NCBI GenBank assembly: GCA_003344405.1
Contig: NOWV01000295.1
Coordinates: 1 to 60,260 of the forward strand
From: Trichoplax sp. H2
Lineage: Eukaryota
Direction: 5' to 3'
DNA: 60,260 nucleotides
The notes below the pieces were generated by a model. It was not told the origin of the DNA. It was given only the letters and a program-made list of their open reading frames with translations, and ran no database searches. A program made the translations under genes and the position numbers. This document shows positions 1 to 10,911 of this stretch, in pieces. Within the stretch, counting starts at the first letter, position 1; the number at the start of each line of letters is the position of its first letter.

Positions 1-1180
1 TTTCTTGTGTTTACTAATTTGATTTTGTAATCTTCTAGTATATCTCGCTCTATTACTTTTTTCTCTTCAAGTAATGTTGATTTTAAGTTGTTTATATTGT
101 CGTTGTATTTATTTTGCAAGTTATTAATTTTAGCTTCATGCTCTTCTCTTATTTCTATCTGGATCGATTCTTTCTCTTTCTGCCATGATACTTTCAGCTC
201 GTTTAGCTCTAATTCATGACGGTTTTGAGTATCGTAGAGTTTAACTTGATATTCATTATGTAAGTTTTCTTTTAATAACTCTTTCTCTTCTTCACATAGT
301 CTATTTATCCTCTTAATTTCGTCTTCATGATGGTTTCTTGTGTTTACTAATTTGATTTTGTAATCTTGTATATCTCGCTCTATTACTTTTTTCTCTTCAA
401 GTAATGTTGATTTTAAATTGTACATATTGTCGTTGTATTTATTTTGCAAGTTATTAATTTTAGCTTCATGCTCTTCTCTTATTTCTATCAGGATCGATTC
501 TTTCTCTTTCTGCCATGATGCTTTCATCTCGTTTAGCTCTAATTCATGACGGTTATGAGTATCGCAGAGTTTAACTTGATATTCATTATGTAAGTTTTCT
601 TTTAATAACTCTTTCTCTTCTTCACATAGTCTATTTATCCTCTTAATTTCGTCTTCATGATGGTTTCTTGTGTTTGCTAGTTTAATTTTGCAGTCTTCTT
701 GTATATCTCGCTCTATTACTTTCTTCTCTTCAAGTAATGTTGATTTTAAATTGTACATATTATCGTTGTATTTATTTTGCAAGTTTTTAATTTTAGCTTT
801 ATGCTCTTCTCTTATTTTGTTTTGGATTGATTCTCGTTCTTCTTGCCATACCATGTTTATTCTTTTAATTTCCTCTTCATAATAGCTATTCATATTTGCA
901 AGTTTAACCTTGCAATCTTCCTGCATATTTCGCTCAATTACTTTTTTCTCTTCCTGCAATGTCGATTTTAAACTGTTTATACTGTTGTTGTATTCACTTT
1001 CTAAATTATCGATTTTAACCTTATGCTCTCCTCTTATTTTATTACGGATCGATTCTTGCTCTTCTTGCCGTAGCATATTTATTCTCTTAATTTCGTCTCG
1101 ATGATGGGTTTTTATATTAGCAAGTCTAATTTTGTAATCTTCCTGCATATTTCGTTCTATTATTTCCTTCTCTTCCTGAC
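1..1180 (-). repeat. In-frame coding tandem repeat: 333/330-bp units (3x37 aa) grading into ~222-bp (2x37 aa) units
   Basis: tttcttgtgttt(a/g)cta recurs at 1, 334 and 664. The second copy has an in-frame 3-nt deletion. Confidence 0.9.
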
Positions 1181-3413
1181 ACAATATTTTAATCTGAGCA
1201 ATTTCCTTCTCATGATATTGGCGCATTTGATCGGTATTCACTTTAAACTCTTCTACTTTCATTTCTAGCCATTTTTTATCTTCTTGATATGATGTATTCA
1301 TTTTTATTATCTCCTTCTCATAGTGATCGCGTAAAGCCTTTACCTTCAATTGACAATCCTCTAGTAAGGCATCTTTTAACATTTTTTCAGCTTCTACTCT
1401 CTCCTCTTGCCATGCCCTTTTCATCTTACATATGTCATCTTTATGCTGACAACGAATTGTATCGATGTTATTTTGGTAATTCTCTAATAGTGTCTCTTTC
1501 AAAGTTTTCTCCGTAATATCCTTCTTTGTTTGCCAAGATACATTTATTTCATTAATCAATTTCTTATATTGAGTATGGATATTACCAATGTTAACTTGAT
1601 GATCTTTTAACATATCTATTTTTAGTCTTTCTTTTTCGTCTTGCCATTGCATTTTTTGCTGATTTATTTCTTTACAATAATCATTTTGATTGCTATCAAT
1701 TTTGCGTTGATAATCTTCATGAATTTGCTTTGCTGTTGTATTGAATGATTCTTGGTTTGACTTTATTTTATGTTGAAGTTCAGATATTGCTTGCTGATGT
1801 TGAGATCGAATCGATTCTAGATTTTTACTGAAACTCAGTTCTAGTTGAAGAATTTTATCTTGACATGAGTTCTCCTTTAATTGTACATCTTTTTCATGCT
1901 GACATCGTAATGCTATGTTCTGGTCTTGTAATTCTTGAATCTCCAATTGATGCACTTTGATATATCGTTTCTTATCATTTTCCATGTTTAGTAATTTCAT
2001 ATTGAAATCCTGTTCCATTTGCTCAGCATTCATTTTCAAATCTTTCAATTGTTTTTGATGATTTTCTTTTACAGTTAAAAGCTCAGATTGATATTTATTT
2101 TGAATTTTTTCACTTTTATCCATAGCATCTTGTAGCTGATTTTTCAATGTATACGTTAATTGCTGAGTTTCTCGTAAAAGTTGCTGATAATTAACATTTT
2201 CATGCTTGCATTGATTAAGTTCATTCGTTAGCTCGGCTATATCACTATTCAATTGAATTGATTTACCATTTAATTCTTGCTTTAAGTCTTCAACAATACC
2301 TTGATATTGCTTTTTTATTCGGTTATTTTCAGTATTAGCATTTGTTAATAATAGTTGTTGACTATCTAAGTCACATTTCATTTGATCAAGCAGGCTGGAT
2401 AGTTTTAACATTTTTAAGTCGTATTCAACTTTACTTTCGTTCAGTTCATCCTTTAGCCTGGCAATAGTAGTATCATATTGGCTTTTCATTTGATTTGTAG
2501 TAGTATAACTTTCAGCCAATTCTCGCTGATGATCATTTTCTGCTTGTTCTTTCTCGCTTAATACTTGCTGCAACTGATTAGACAATATTGTGACTTTCTT
2601 ACTCTGATTCAGTCTTTCACTTTCAATCTGCTGCTGTAATTCTCCAACATTGATTTCATATTGAATTTTCAATTGACTACGATCATTGATAGCCGTTGCT
2701 AGTTCTTGTTGATGACGTTCATCAGCTTGAGTTTTGGCATGGCTCATTTCATCAAGCTGGCTAACCAAGTTGGCTATTTTATGGTTATATTCAGCTTTAT
2801 GATCATTGCAGTTTTGCCTTAAATTTTGAATTTCATTTTCATACTGATTCTTTAATCGATGAGAAATCCTTATGGCTTCATCTAGCTGCTGTCTAGATTG
2901 GCACTGTGAATTATTCTTATCTTCCTCTAACTGATTTATTTGCTGATTTAATTTTGCGATTTGATGCTGATATTGAGTAGTTTCATTCTTGATTTGATGC
3001 TTTAATTCTTTGACGTTATTTTCATATTGATCCATCAAGCTCTTATTTTGTTGTTGGTATTCATTTTGAAAATCAACAACGCATTGATTTAAGCTATCAA
3101 TTTGATCTTGATATTGTTGACTAGTTTGCTGAATGATTGGATCAAGGTGTTTCAATTCTTCGACAATATTTCCAAGACATTCATCTTGAGCTTGATGCAT
3201 GGATGTTGGTGTTTCATCTCCACCTCGAGGACAAACAATCATTTGAGTTAAATTCTCCACTCCTATTTGCAGATAACGTAAATTTTTTTCCATCACTTGA
3301 CTCATTTCCAGGATATTATTGGTAATTGGTTGATGTTGCTGATTTCCAGTGGCCAATGGGATATCTAAACTTGATGTTAAACTATTCATTCTTTCAGTTT
3401 GGTTGGCATCCAT
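1..3413 (-). CDS. Large coiled-coil protein (partial, continues past window start); C-terminal part built of 37-aa repeats
   Basis: Minus-strand frame open in every stretch checked from ATG 3413 (MDANQTERMNSLTSS...) to position 1. A ttttttaatatag acceptor lies just upstream (exon starts 3419). Q/E/K/L-rich helical sequence. Probably absent from the ORF track because no stop lies in the window. Confidence 0.85.
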   Translation of the reverse strand, partial: MDANQTERMNSLTSSLDIPLATGNQQHQPITNNILEMSQVMEKNLRYLQIGVENLTQMIVCPRGGDETPTSMHQAQDECLGNIVEELKHLDPIIQQTSQQYQDQIDSLNQCVVDFQNEYQQQNKSLMDQYENNVKELKHQIKNETTQYQHQIAKLNQQINQLEEDKNNSQCQSRQQLDEAIRISHRLKNQYENEIQNLRQNCNDHKAEYNHKIANLVSQLDEMSHAKTQADERHQQELATAINDRSQLKIQYEINVGELQQQIESERLNQSKKVTILSNQLQQVLSEKEQAENDHQRELAESYTTTNQMKSQYDTTIARLKDELNESKVEYDLKMLKLSSLLDQMKCDLDSQQLLLTNANTENNRIKKQYQGIVEDLKQELNGKSIQLNSDIAELTNELNQCKHENVNYQQLLRETQQLTYTLKNQLQDAMDKSEKIQNKYQSELLTVKENHQKQLKDLKMNAEQMEQDFNMKLLNMENDKKRYIKVHQLEIQELQDQNIALRCQHEKDVQLKENSCQDKILQLELSFSKNLESIRSQHQQAISELQHKIKSNQESFNTTAKQIHEDYQRKIDSNQNDYCKEINQQKMQWQDEKERLKIDMLKDHQVNIGNIHTQYKKLINEINVSWQTKKDITEKTLKETLLENYQNNIDTIRCQHKDDICKMKRAWQEERVEAEKMLKDALLEDCQLKVKALRDHYEKEIIKMNTSYQEDKKWLEMKVEEFKVNTDQMRQYHEKEIAQIKILCQEEKEIIERNMQEDYKIRLANIKTHHRDEIKRINMLRQEEQESIRNKIRGEHKVKIDNLESEYNNSINSLKSTLQEEKKVIERNMQEDCKVKLANMNSYYEEEIKRINMVWQEERESIQNKIREEHKAKIKNLQNKYNDNMYNLKSTLLEEKKVIERDIQEDCKIKLANTRNHHEDEIKRINRLCEEEKELLKENLHNEYQVKLCDTHNRHELELNEMKASWQKEKESILIEIREEHEAKINNLQNKYNDNMYNLKSTLLEEKKVIERDIQDYKIKLVNTRNHHEDEIKRINRLCEEEKELLKENLHNEYQVKLYDTQNRHELELNELKVSWQKEKESIQIEIREEHEAKINNLQNKYNDNINNLKSTLLEEKKVIERDILEDYKIKLVNTR

Positions 3414-3799
3414 TATTTTCTATATTAAAAAAGTGATCAATACGTATTACAGTAACTCCCTTCATGGCATAAAATGTACAGTCGATTTCTATACGAGTAA
3501 AGTGTTGAATAACTCTTACTTTTTTATGACGACTTGAAATGATTCAAGGAAAATCTAAGATTGAATGATGCGCTGACAATCGAATATCTATCAATAATTA
3601 ATGATATATACTGTCGTCTTATGAGAAATAGTTTGCCGTCTTAGCTACAAACTATGGAGTCATGATTTTATCTCCGTAGATACAAAGAAATACCTGTAAA
3701 ATTAGAGAGGTAAAATATCATTAAAGAATACACTCTCATAAGGCATCCATGCTAGCTTATAATAACCCCCAAATTTCGCTTCTTACCCTAATTGCATGT

Positions 3800-4620
3800 T
3801 TTTTCTTGGACTCGCTAGAGTAAGATAGTGTCAATGTGTCGTTGATGGCGACCTAAACGATATTTGAAGTCCAATTTTTAATCATCTATGGCAGAGAAAT
3901 TTTATAGTAAGACATCGATAGCAGGGACTATTGATAGTCCTGTAGTCCCTGCGGATACTGATTTTCAATCCGCCCATTTTCTACTTACCCTAGTGAATGT
4001 TCGCCTAGCGTTTTTGTTGCAGTCAGACAGTCTCAAAGTGTTGTTGGACTACGACCTAAAACAATATTTTAAGTTCAATTTTGAATCGTCTGTAGAAGAG
4101 AAACTGCATAATAAGATATTGATGCTGATTTTCAATCTCCTAATTCTCTATACACCCTAAATTAAGGTTAATTATTTTTACAGCAAGATAGTGCAAACAT
4201 GTAACAATATCGACAGTGATCTAAGCAATATTTTAAATTCAATTTTTAATCGTTGGCGGCAGAGAAATTTCATAGTAAGGCATTGATGGTCAATTTCAAT
4301 TGCTCCATTCTCTACATCCCTACGTTAAGATTAGCCTTGAATTGACTACAGTAAGATGGCGTAAAACGTGTAGTTGACAGTGGATTCGACGATCTATTGG
4401 TGTTTTATCCATCTTTAAATTGTACATGATCAATGGACGATATCAATACCGGCTTACAGTATCCCCAAATTCTCCCACTTACCAGGAAATCTTACCTTCA
4501 GTTAATGCTCACCTTCAACTTGCAACACTAAGATCGTCTAAGCGCGTTGTTGACAGTGAAGTAAACTGTTTTAAAAGTTCAATTTTGGGATGGTCTATGA
4601 TAGATAAACTCAAGGTTGGA
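3800..4620. repeat. Degenerate tandem repeat, ~165-200 bp unit, ~4-5 copies
   Basis: Recurring blocks aagatagtg...gacctaaac.atatttt.aagttcaattttt.aatc...gcagagaaatt.catagtaag near 3822, 4022, 4185, 4352 and 4530. Confidence 0.7.
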
Positions 4621-5389
4621 TGGTATTTAATCGGTTGTGGAAATAACGTTATCGAATTCCATTAAATAGTGTTCCAATTGATAGTGATGATGATGATTAA
4701 TACGTTTTGGACTTTCCCCTTGCCTACTGTCCTGTATATACTGTACAGCAGATAATGCAACATGGCGAAAGGTCAACATTTCTAAAAGTGGAAATATTTT
4801 ATCTGTTTTATTAATCATCATCGATCAAGTCGCTACGTCATATTCAAGAAAGAACGAGTCTAATAGTCCAAGATCCAAAATCATGTAGACTGCGTTGTCA
4901 TTGCAATGAGCATGAATTTATAGATATAATCAAATGCTACAGATGATGGAGAAAATATGTAGAACAAAAATGGATTACGAATTGGAAAGTCTCCATGTTC
5001 ATGTTAGCTTCTGGCTGAACATGCTACATGGACACTTTTCAATAACAGACAGAAACCGTTAATAAAAGATTAAATCTAACCAGTTGAACTAGATGAGGTA
5101 GATTAGATCTCTAAACTGATTGAAGCGATAATCTTTGCTTTGACTTACCGGCTATAAGTAGCCTGCTACCATTCAAATGGCGATTAAAATACCCTGGAAA
5201 GAAATGAGCGCAAATATCAGTAACTCTACAGTATAATATGGACTAGGATAGAAGTTGAAGATCTGTCAATTCATGTCTACGTTGTTTGCTTGTTTCACTT
5301 CCTAGCTGGTTAGCTTTAAAACGACGTTTAGAAAACCATTTTAAGACGGAAATGAGTGCGAGAATAATTGTAGAAGTATCAAATAATCG

Positions 5390-5785
5390 CTGTCTAACGT
5401 CTCCATATTGATTTCAACCGGTTATGTTTGCTAAAACACTACAGTAGTTGTATACCTGGATAATGATATAGAATTTAGTGTACAGTTTGAGAAAAAGAGT
5501 GCAACAAATATGGACTTATTTCAATTATACGGCTGTAGAAGGTCTCTACGTCGATTTCAACCTATTCCATTTGCTAGAGTTGCTCCTTTCAGATCTCCAC
5601 GTTGATTTCAGCCACATCTGTTTGCTAGACTTACTGCAGTGGTTGCATACCTGGTTAATTCATCATGACAGTTCGAAAGCTGTTGAAAGAAAAGAGCCCA
5701 AGAATATAAACTGATCTAGATTACACCGCCGTACAAGGTCTCCATGTTGATTTTAACCTGTTAGGTTTGCTAGACTTACTTGTTG
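5390..5785. repeat. Degenerate tandem repeat (~4 copies)
   Basis: tctccatgttgatttcaacc...tttgctaga core near 5400, 5543, 5594 and 5739. Confidence 0.65.
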
Positions 5786-5981
5786 GAAACAGTAGTCTCT
5801 AGACGCATAACACAACATGGCCAGAGTATTGCGTAGATAGCAAAGAAATCGCCTACTCCTTTTTTTGGGGGGGGGGGCAGTTCTCTGCTAGTAATATTGC
5901 TGTGGCAGACATTTTTGATCATTGCATGCTACATATAGTACCCCAGACTACTTCTTAGTGATCCCTGACACTGCTGACAGG

Positions 5982-7390
5982 AATCTCTCTGCAAAACATA
6001 TATCCAGGCAGAGAGCAAAGTGAAAAAGTAGTCCTTCATTTTTTGCTTATGGTAGCGACAAAGACATTCTTCATAGTCTCTTTCAAAGCACAATCTACTC
6101 AAGTAGATAGCAAAGTGAAAAATGGCTCTTAATTTTAATCCATTCTATGCTCAAGGTAGCGACAGACATCCTTCATAGTCTCTTCGCAAAACTCTTGCCA
6201 GAGTAGAGAGCAAAATGAACAAATAGCCTTTCATTTTTACCCATTAACTTTGCTCATGATAGCGACAAAGACATTCTTCATAGTCTCTTTCAAAGCACAA
6301 CCTACTCTAAGTAGATAGCAAAGTGAAAAATGGCTCTTGATTTTAATCCATTCTATGTTCATGGTAGCGACAGACATCCTTCATAGTCTCTTCGCAAAAC
6401 TCTTGTCAGAGTAGAGAGCGAAATGAACAAATAGCCTGCCATTTTTATCCATTAACTTTGCTCATGATAGCGACAAAGACATCCTTCACAGACTCTTCAC
6501 AAAACTCTTGTCCAGAGTAAAGAGCAAAATGAAGAAATAGGCTTTCATTTTAATCAATTTTTTGCCTTACTTCATAGTCTCTTTGCAAAACTCCTGTCTA
6601 GAGTAGAGAGCAAACTGAAGAAATGGCCTTCCATTTTTATCCATTAACTTTGCTCATGACAGCGACAACGATATCCTTCACAGTCTCTTCACAAAACTCT
6701 TGTCCAGAGTAAAGAGCAAAATGAAGAAATAGGCTTTCATTTTAATCAATTTTTTGCCTTACTTCATAGTCTCTTTGTGAAACTCTTGTCTAGAGTAGAG
6801 AGCAAACAGAAGAACTAGTCTTTCATTTTTATCAATTTTTGCCTAGCCTTCCTTCAAAGTCTCTTTGCAACAACTCCTGTCCAGAGTAGAGAGTAAAATG
6901 AAGAAATAGCCTTTCTTCATTGTCTCATTGTAAAACTCTTGTCCAGAGTAGAGAGTAAAGTGAAGAAATAGCCTTTCATTTTTATCAATTTTTGCCTTAC
7001 TATTCTTCAAAGTCTCTTTGCAAAAACTCCTGTCCAGAGTAGAGAGTAAATGAAGAAATAGCCTTTCATTTTTTGCTTGTGATAGCGATAGGCATTCTTC
7101 ATAGTCTCTTTATACAACTCTTGTCCAGAGTAGAGAACAAAATGAAGAAATAGCCTTTCATTTTTGCATTCCCTTCCTTCATAGCCTCTTTGCAAAACTC
7201 ATGTCTAGAGTAGAGAGCAAACTGAAGAAATAGCCTTTCGTTTTTTTTGAACTCTTTGCTCATGGTAACGACATAGATATTCTTCATAGTCTCTTTCAAA
7301 ACACGACCTACGTACATTCTGAATAGAGAGCAAAGTTTTGAAATAACTCTTCAGTATTTTTTACTCATAGTTGTGGTAAAAGACATTGTT
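5982..7390. repeat. Minisatellite array, ~15 units of ~63-106 bp with a palindromic core
   Basis: Core cttcatagtctctttgcaaaactcttgtccagagtagagagcaaaatgaagaaatagcctttcattttt repeats near 6069, 6171, 6276, 6379, 6484, 6570, 6676, 6762, 6852, 6915, 7005, 7097, 7177 and 7282. Confidence 0.95.
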
Positions 7391-7709
7391 GATCATCTCA
7401 ATGACTTCATGGTCTCTTCAGAAAGAAATGGCCACTTACTTTTACTGCTATTCTTTGCCTGACTGTCACAACAGTGTTTTAAATAAATTAATTCATCCAG
7501 TACTACATTTCTAGACATGAAAGAAGACTCATTTTTAATCGAGAATAAGCTCAGTGAAGATGGTAAAGTAACTCCATGGCCCGTCATTTTGGATAACAGT
7601 TCTTTGCTAGTTCGTTTTGCCTTTTCAGAACCAGGCCTTTGAGCAAAGCGTTGAAGTCTTTAAAAATAAAGCTTGTCTACGACTCGTTGATTTTGCACCT
7701 CTTGTGCTA

Positions 7710-9105
7710 TAATGGCAATTTTTCACACTACAACGGTAGACTTCTCAAGCAAGAGTATTCATTCTGCATTAACGTTAGACACTATATATTTTATTTTCAC
7801 GATAGCAATAATTAACTAATCAACTGATGTAGCACTCAGCTTCGTCAACAACTAGTGACAAAATAATCAATTTTTCCGCTAAGTGTAATGAACTTTCTCA
7901 AGCGTTATGGATTTTCTATCATTCTTTGCTTCCAATAACAAGCGCCTAAAGTGAGTCAACAATTGAAGATAATTTTTGCACTACGGTAGTGGACTTTCTC
8001 AAGGACTGTGCATCTTTTCCAATTCTTTCCTAACCCCTAGAATTAGAATTAGTTAACAATTTCATGGCAATTTTTCACTACACACTACCAGTGGTGGACT
8101 TTCTCAAGGACTGTGCATCTTTTCCAATTCTTTCCTAACCCCAAGAATTGGAATTAGTCAACAATTTTATGGCAATTTTTTCACTACACACTACCAGTAG
8201 TGGACTTTCTCAAGCACTGTGCATCTTTTCCAATTCTTTCCTAACCCCTAGAATTAGAATTAGTTAACAATTTTATGGCAATTTTTTCACTACACACTAC
8301 CAGTAGTGGACTTTCTCAAGCACTGTGCATCTTTTCCAATTCTTTCCTAACCCCTAGAATTAGAATTAGTCAACAATTTTATGGCAATTTTTTTACTACA
8401 CACTACCAGTAGTGAACTTTCTCAAGCTTGTTGAATTTTAGGTCATTCTTAGCTCCAATGGTAGGTGCCGAACAGGCAACAGGTATTAAAGTCGTTCTAT
8501 CACTCAGAAGACATTTTTTTATTACAGTCATAAACTTTCTTTCAACCCCTGAGGTATTAAAATTAGATTAGTCAGCAAGATCATTTTTTCATTACGGTAA
8601 GCTAGCAATGAATATTGTCAAGCTTGGTGGATTTTTACCAATCCTTGGCTCCATTGGTTGGCATCCAACAGGTATTAAAGTTAGTTAGTCAATACTGTAA
8701 ATCGAAGATATTTTCTACTATTACGGTCATAAACTTTCTTAACCACTGAGATGTTAAAATTAGTTGACAAGGTCATTTTTTTTCACTTCTGTAGTGTTGT
8801 GTTTTGCTTATTTCTATACTATATGTAGTACAGAAATGAGCTTTCTCAAGCTTGGTGAACTTTTAATTCCATTGCTAGGCTCAGGTATTCGAGTTAGTCA
8901 ATCACTCCAAGACCATTTTTTCACCGCGGCAATCAACTTTCTTGAGCAGTGTGGGATTTTTTTCCAGTTTTTCACTACAGTAATAAACTTATAAACTGGC
9001 TCAAGTATTGTATCGATTTTTTTTTGTCGTTCTTTGCTTCAGTGGTAAGCGGCCAAGAAATACTAAAGTCAGTCAACAACTCCCAATTGCTAAGACAATT
9101 TTTTA
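7710..9105. repeat. ~105-bp satellite: 4+ near-identical units (7981-8430) inside degenerate flanking units
   Basis: g(g/a)actttctcaag recurs near 7991, 8096, 8202, 8308 and 8414. Older copies share ctttctcaag and tagtcaacaa. Confidence 0.9.
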
Positions 9106-9259
9106 CCTGATGATTCAGCTTGCCTGAATAGAACGTAGCAAAATGGTTCCGGCCAAGAATGGCAGTTCTTTCGCAATGGGAACAGCCTTCTTACAATAAA
9201 GTCTTCGACTGCAAACGGTTCCCATGAAAATTTGTCATTTCTCTCCTAGAATAGTCATG

Positions 9260-9680
9260 TAATCAAATCAAAAAAGTTCGTAAGCTTGAAAGTTTTACAG
9301 TTCTTGCCTGCATTAGATACAGCCATTTTTCAATGTTGTTATGGAGTTGCCACGGTTCCCGTCGATTTTACAGTTCTTCCCTACTGTAGACGCAGCCATT
9401 GAATCAAAATGATTCCTAGGGATTTCGCAGTGCTTTCCTGATCGGCGCAGCCATCTTTTCAATGCGGTGTTATTAAATCAAAACTGTTCCTAGGGATTTT
9501 ACCCTTCTTCTCACCGTAGAGTCCTTCCATTAAAATCGTTCCTAGAGATCTTACACTTCTTTCCTAATACGCACCGCCATCTTTTCAATGCAGTCGTTGA
9601 ATGGAAACCATTCCTGACTCTTCTCTCTTACTACTATTTACAGTGCAGTGATCGAATCCAATCGACATTTTTTCCCCCAG
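9260..9680. repeat. Degenerate short tandem repeat
   Basis: Recurring gcagccat...ttcaatg...aatcaaaa...ttcctagggattttac.gttcttc blocks. Confidence 0.6.
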
Positions 9681-10106
9681 GTCAATTAGAAAGCGAATTC
9701 TTGACAGTAGTCGTTGCAGTGTAGCACTACGGTGATTTTAGCAACGCACTGATTGAGCTATACGATCCTGTCAAGGAGATGCTTGCAGAGAGGGACTTGC
9801 TTGTAAGAGAAATTTCTTGCTGTAGATTGCAGGTATTCTTTTACAAGTAGTCTAGCGCCATTCCGTCATCGTCCTAACGCAATCGCCATTGCAGGTCTTT
9901 GCACCATCTTCAACTTTAACATTCGACACAACAACTAAGCGCCTCTTATTGAAACTAGCATTTCTATCCAATTTATTTCAGTCATTTTCCAGGCAAAATA
10001 CATACCAGTTGTTGATGAAGAATAGAAAATTGATGACCAGTTGTTATTCTATTTAAATAAATAAATAGTCATGCAATAACTTCAATTAAAATAAACCAAG
10101 CGCCAA

Positions 10107-10120
10107 GTTGCCATGACATC
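10107..10120. promoter_or_regulatory. Candidate RFX X-box
   Basis: GTTGCCATGACATC, one mismatch to GTHNYYATRRNAAC, about 100 bp upstream of the putative first donor (10005) of the minus-strand gene. Confidence 0.45.
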
Positions 10121-10911
10121 GAGCTAGCAATCCAACTACTACTATCTACTGCATTCTATATCTTTCTATATATACCCTATACGGAATGGCTTTAGCTGAG
10201 CAAAGACTTGCTTATTTCTTAATTTAGATCGATAGAACAACTATAACGCGTTGTCTTTTCTATGCCATAGCGGCCATCTTGCTAGGGTGCCACCAACCAA
10301 ATCGTCATGTAGGCCATCTACTGTATGTCAATCACTTGCTCTTTCGCCATTTTACTCCTTTCCATCATCAAGCACACGGTGGGGTAAACTCATACAATGC
10401 CTCTTTCTTGACATGGCCAACTCAAAGTCCAAATAGAGCACAGTTAAAAAGGCTAAAAAGAAAATAAAATTGATGAGAATGTCCATTTAATGCTTGCCAT
10501 GTTGATGGGGAGCCTTTTATGCTGTAGAACAGTCAAAAGACAACCTCGTGCCCTATAATAAAACCATGAGCGCTGGTATGCCTTATTGAGTAAGCATAGC
10601 CATGGCGCGATCATTTTGACCCATGACTACTTACTATCCCATACAGTATTCGCTAACTAGCAATGCTGTATAAGCCAAGGTCGTAGGGCGCAAGGCAAAT
10701 CTTCGTCAACAGGATTTTTTAAAATTACAAGGATAAATATCGTCCAATTTCCATTTTATTATACCATTCCATTCGTCTACAACATTCCGAATCCATTGAT
10801 CACCAGTCTATCATAGCGAAAATTCTTTAAATTAAGCCTTGATAGCTGGCAGTGTAGGAATAAGTGAACGCAAAATCATCCAAGAACCCTAGAAAAAGCA
10901 AAAATCTACAA

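Larger units (their letters stand above)
3520..10120 (-). other. Putative spliced 5' leader of the coiled-coil gene (exons ending at 10006; 9195-9245; 9107-9123; 7440-7657; 5149-5193; 3520-3693)
   Basis: Minus-strand AG/GT pairs (donors GTATGT, GTAAGA, GTAAAA, GTAAGT, GTAAGT, GTAAGA) bound non-repetitive islands between repeat arrays. Exon 3520-3693 has stops in all three frames. Confidence 0.4.

Noticed and set aside
670..3537. Plus-strand hydrophobic ORFs in the ORF track
   Set aside because: Mostly antisense shadows of the E/K-rich minus-strand coiled-coil exon.
5859..5877. Poly-T/poly-G homopolymer junction
   Set aside because: An isolated simple tract with no supporting structure.
5982..7390. 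CRISPR-like look (palindromic repeat plus variable spacers)
   Set aside because: Eukaryotic context, no cas genes, repeats too long and variable, and the spacers are homologous to each other.
8028..8360. cctaaccc in the 105-bp satellite as telomeric repeat or telomerase template
   Set aside because: A single partial unit per monomer, with no TTAGGG array.
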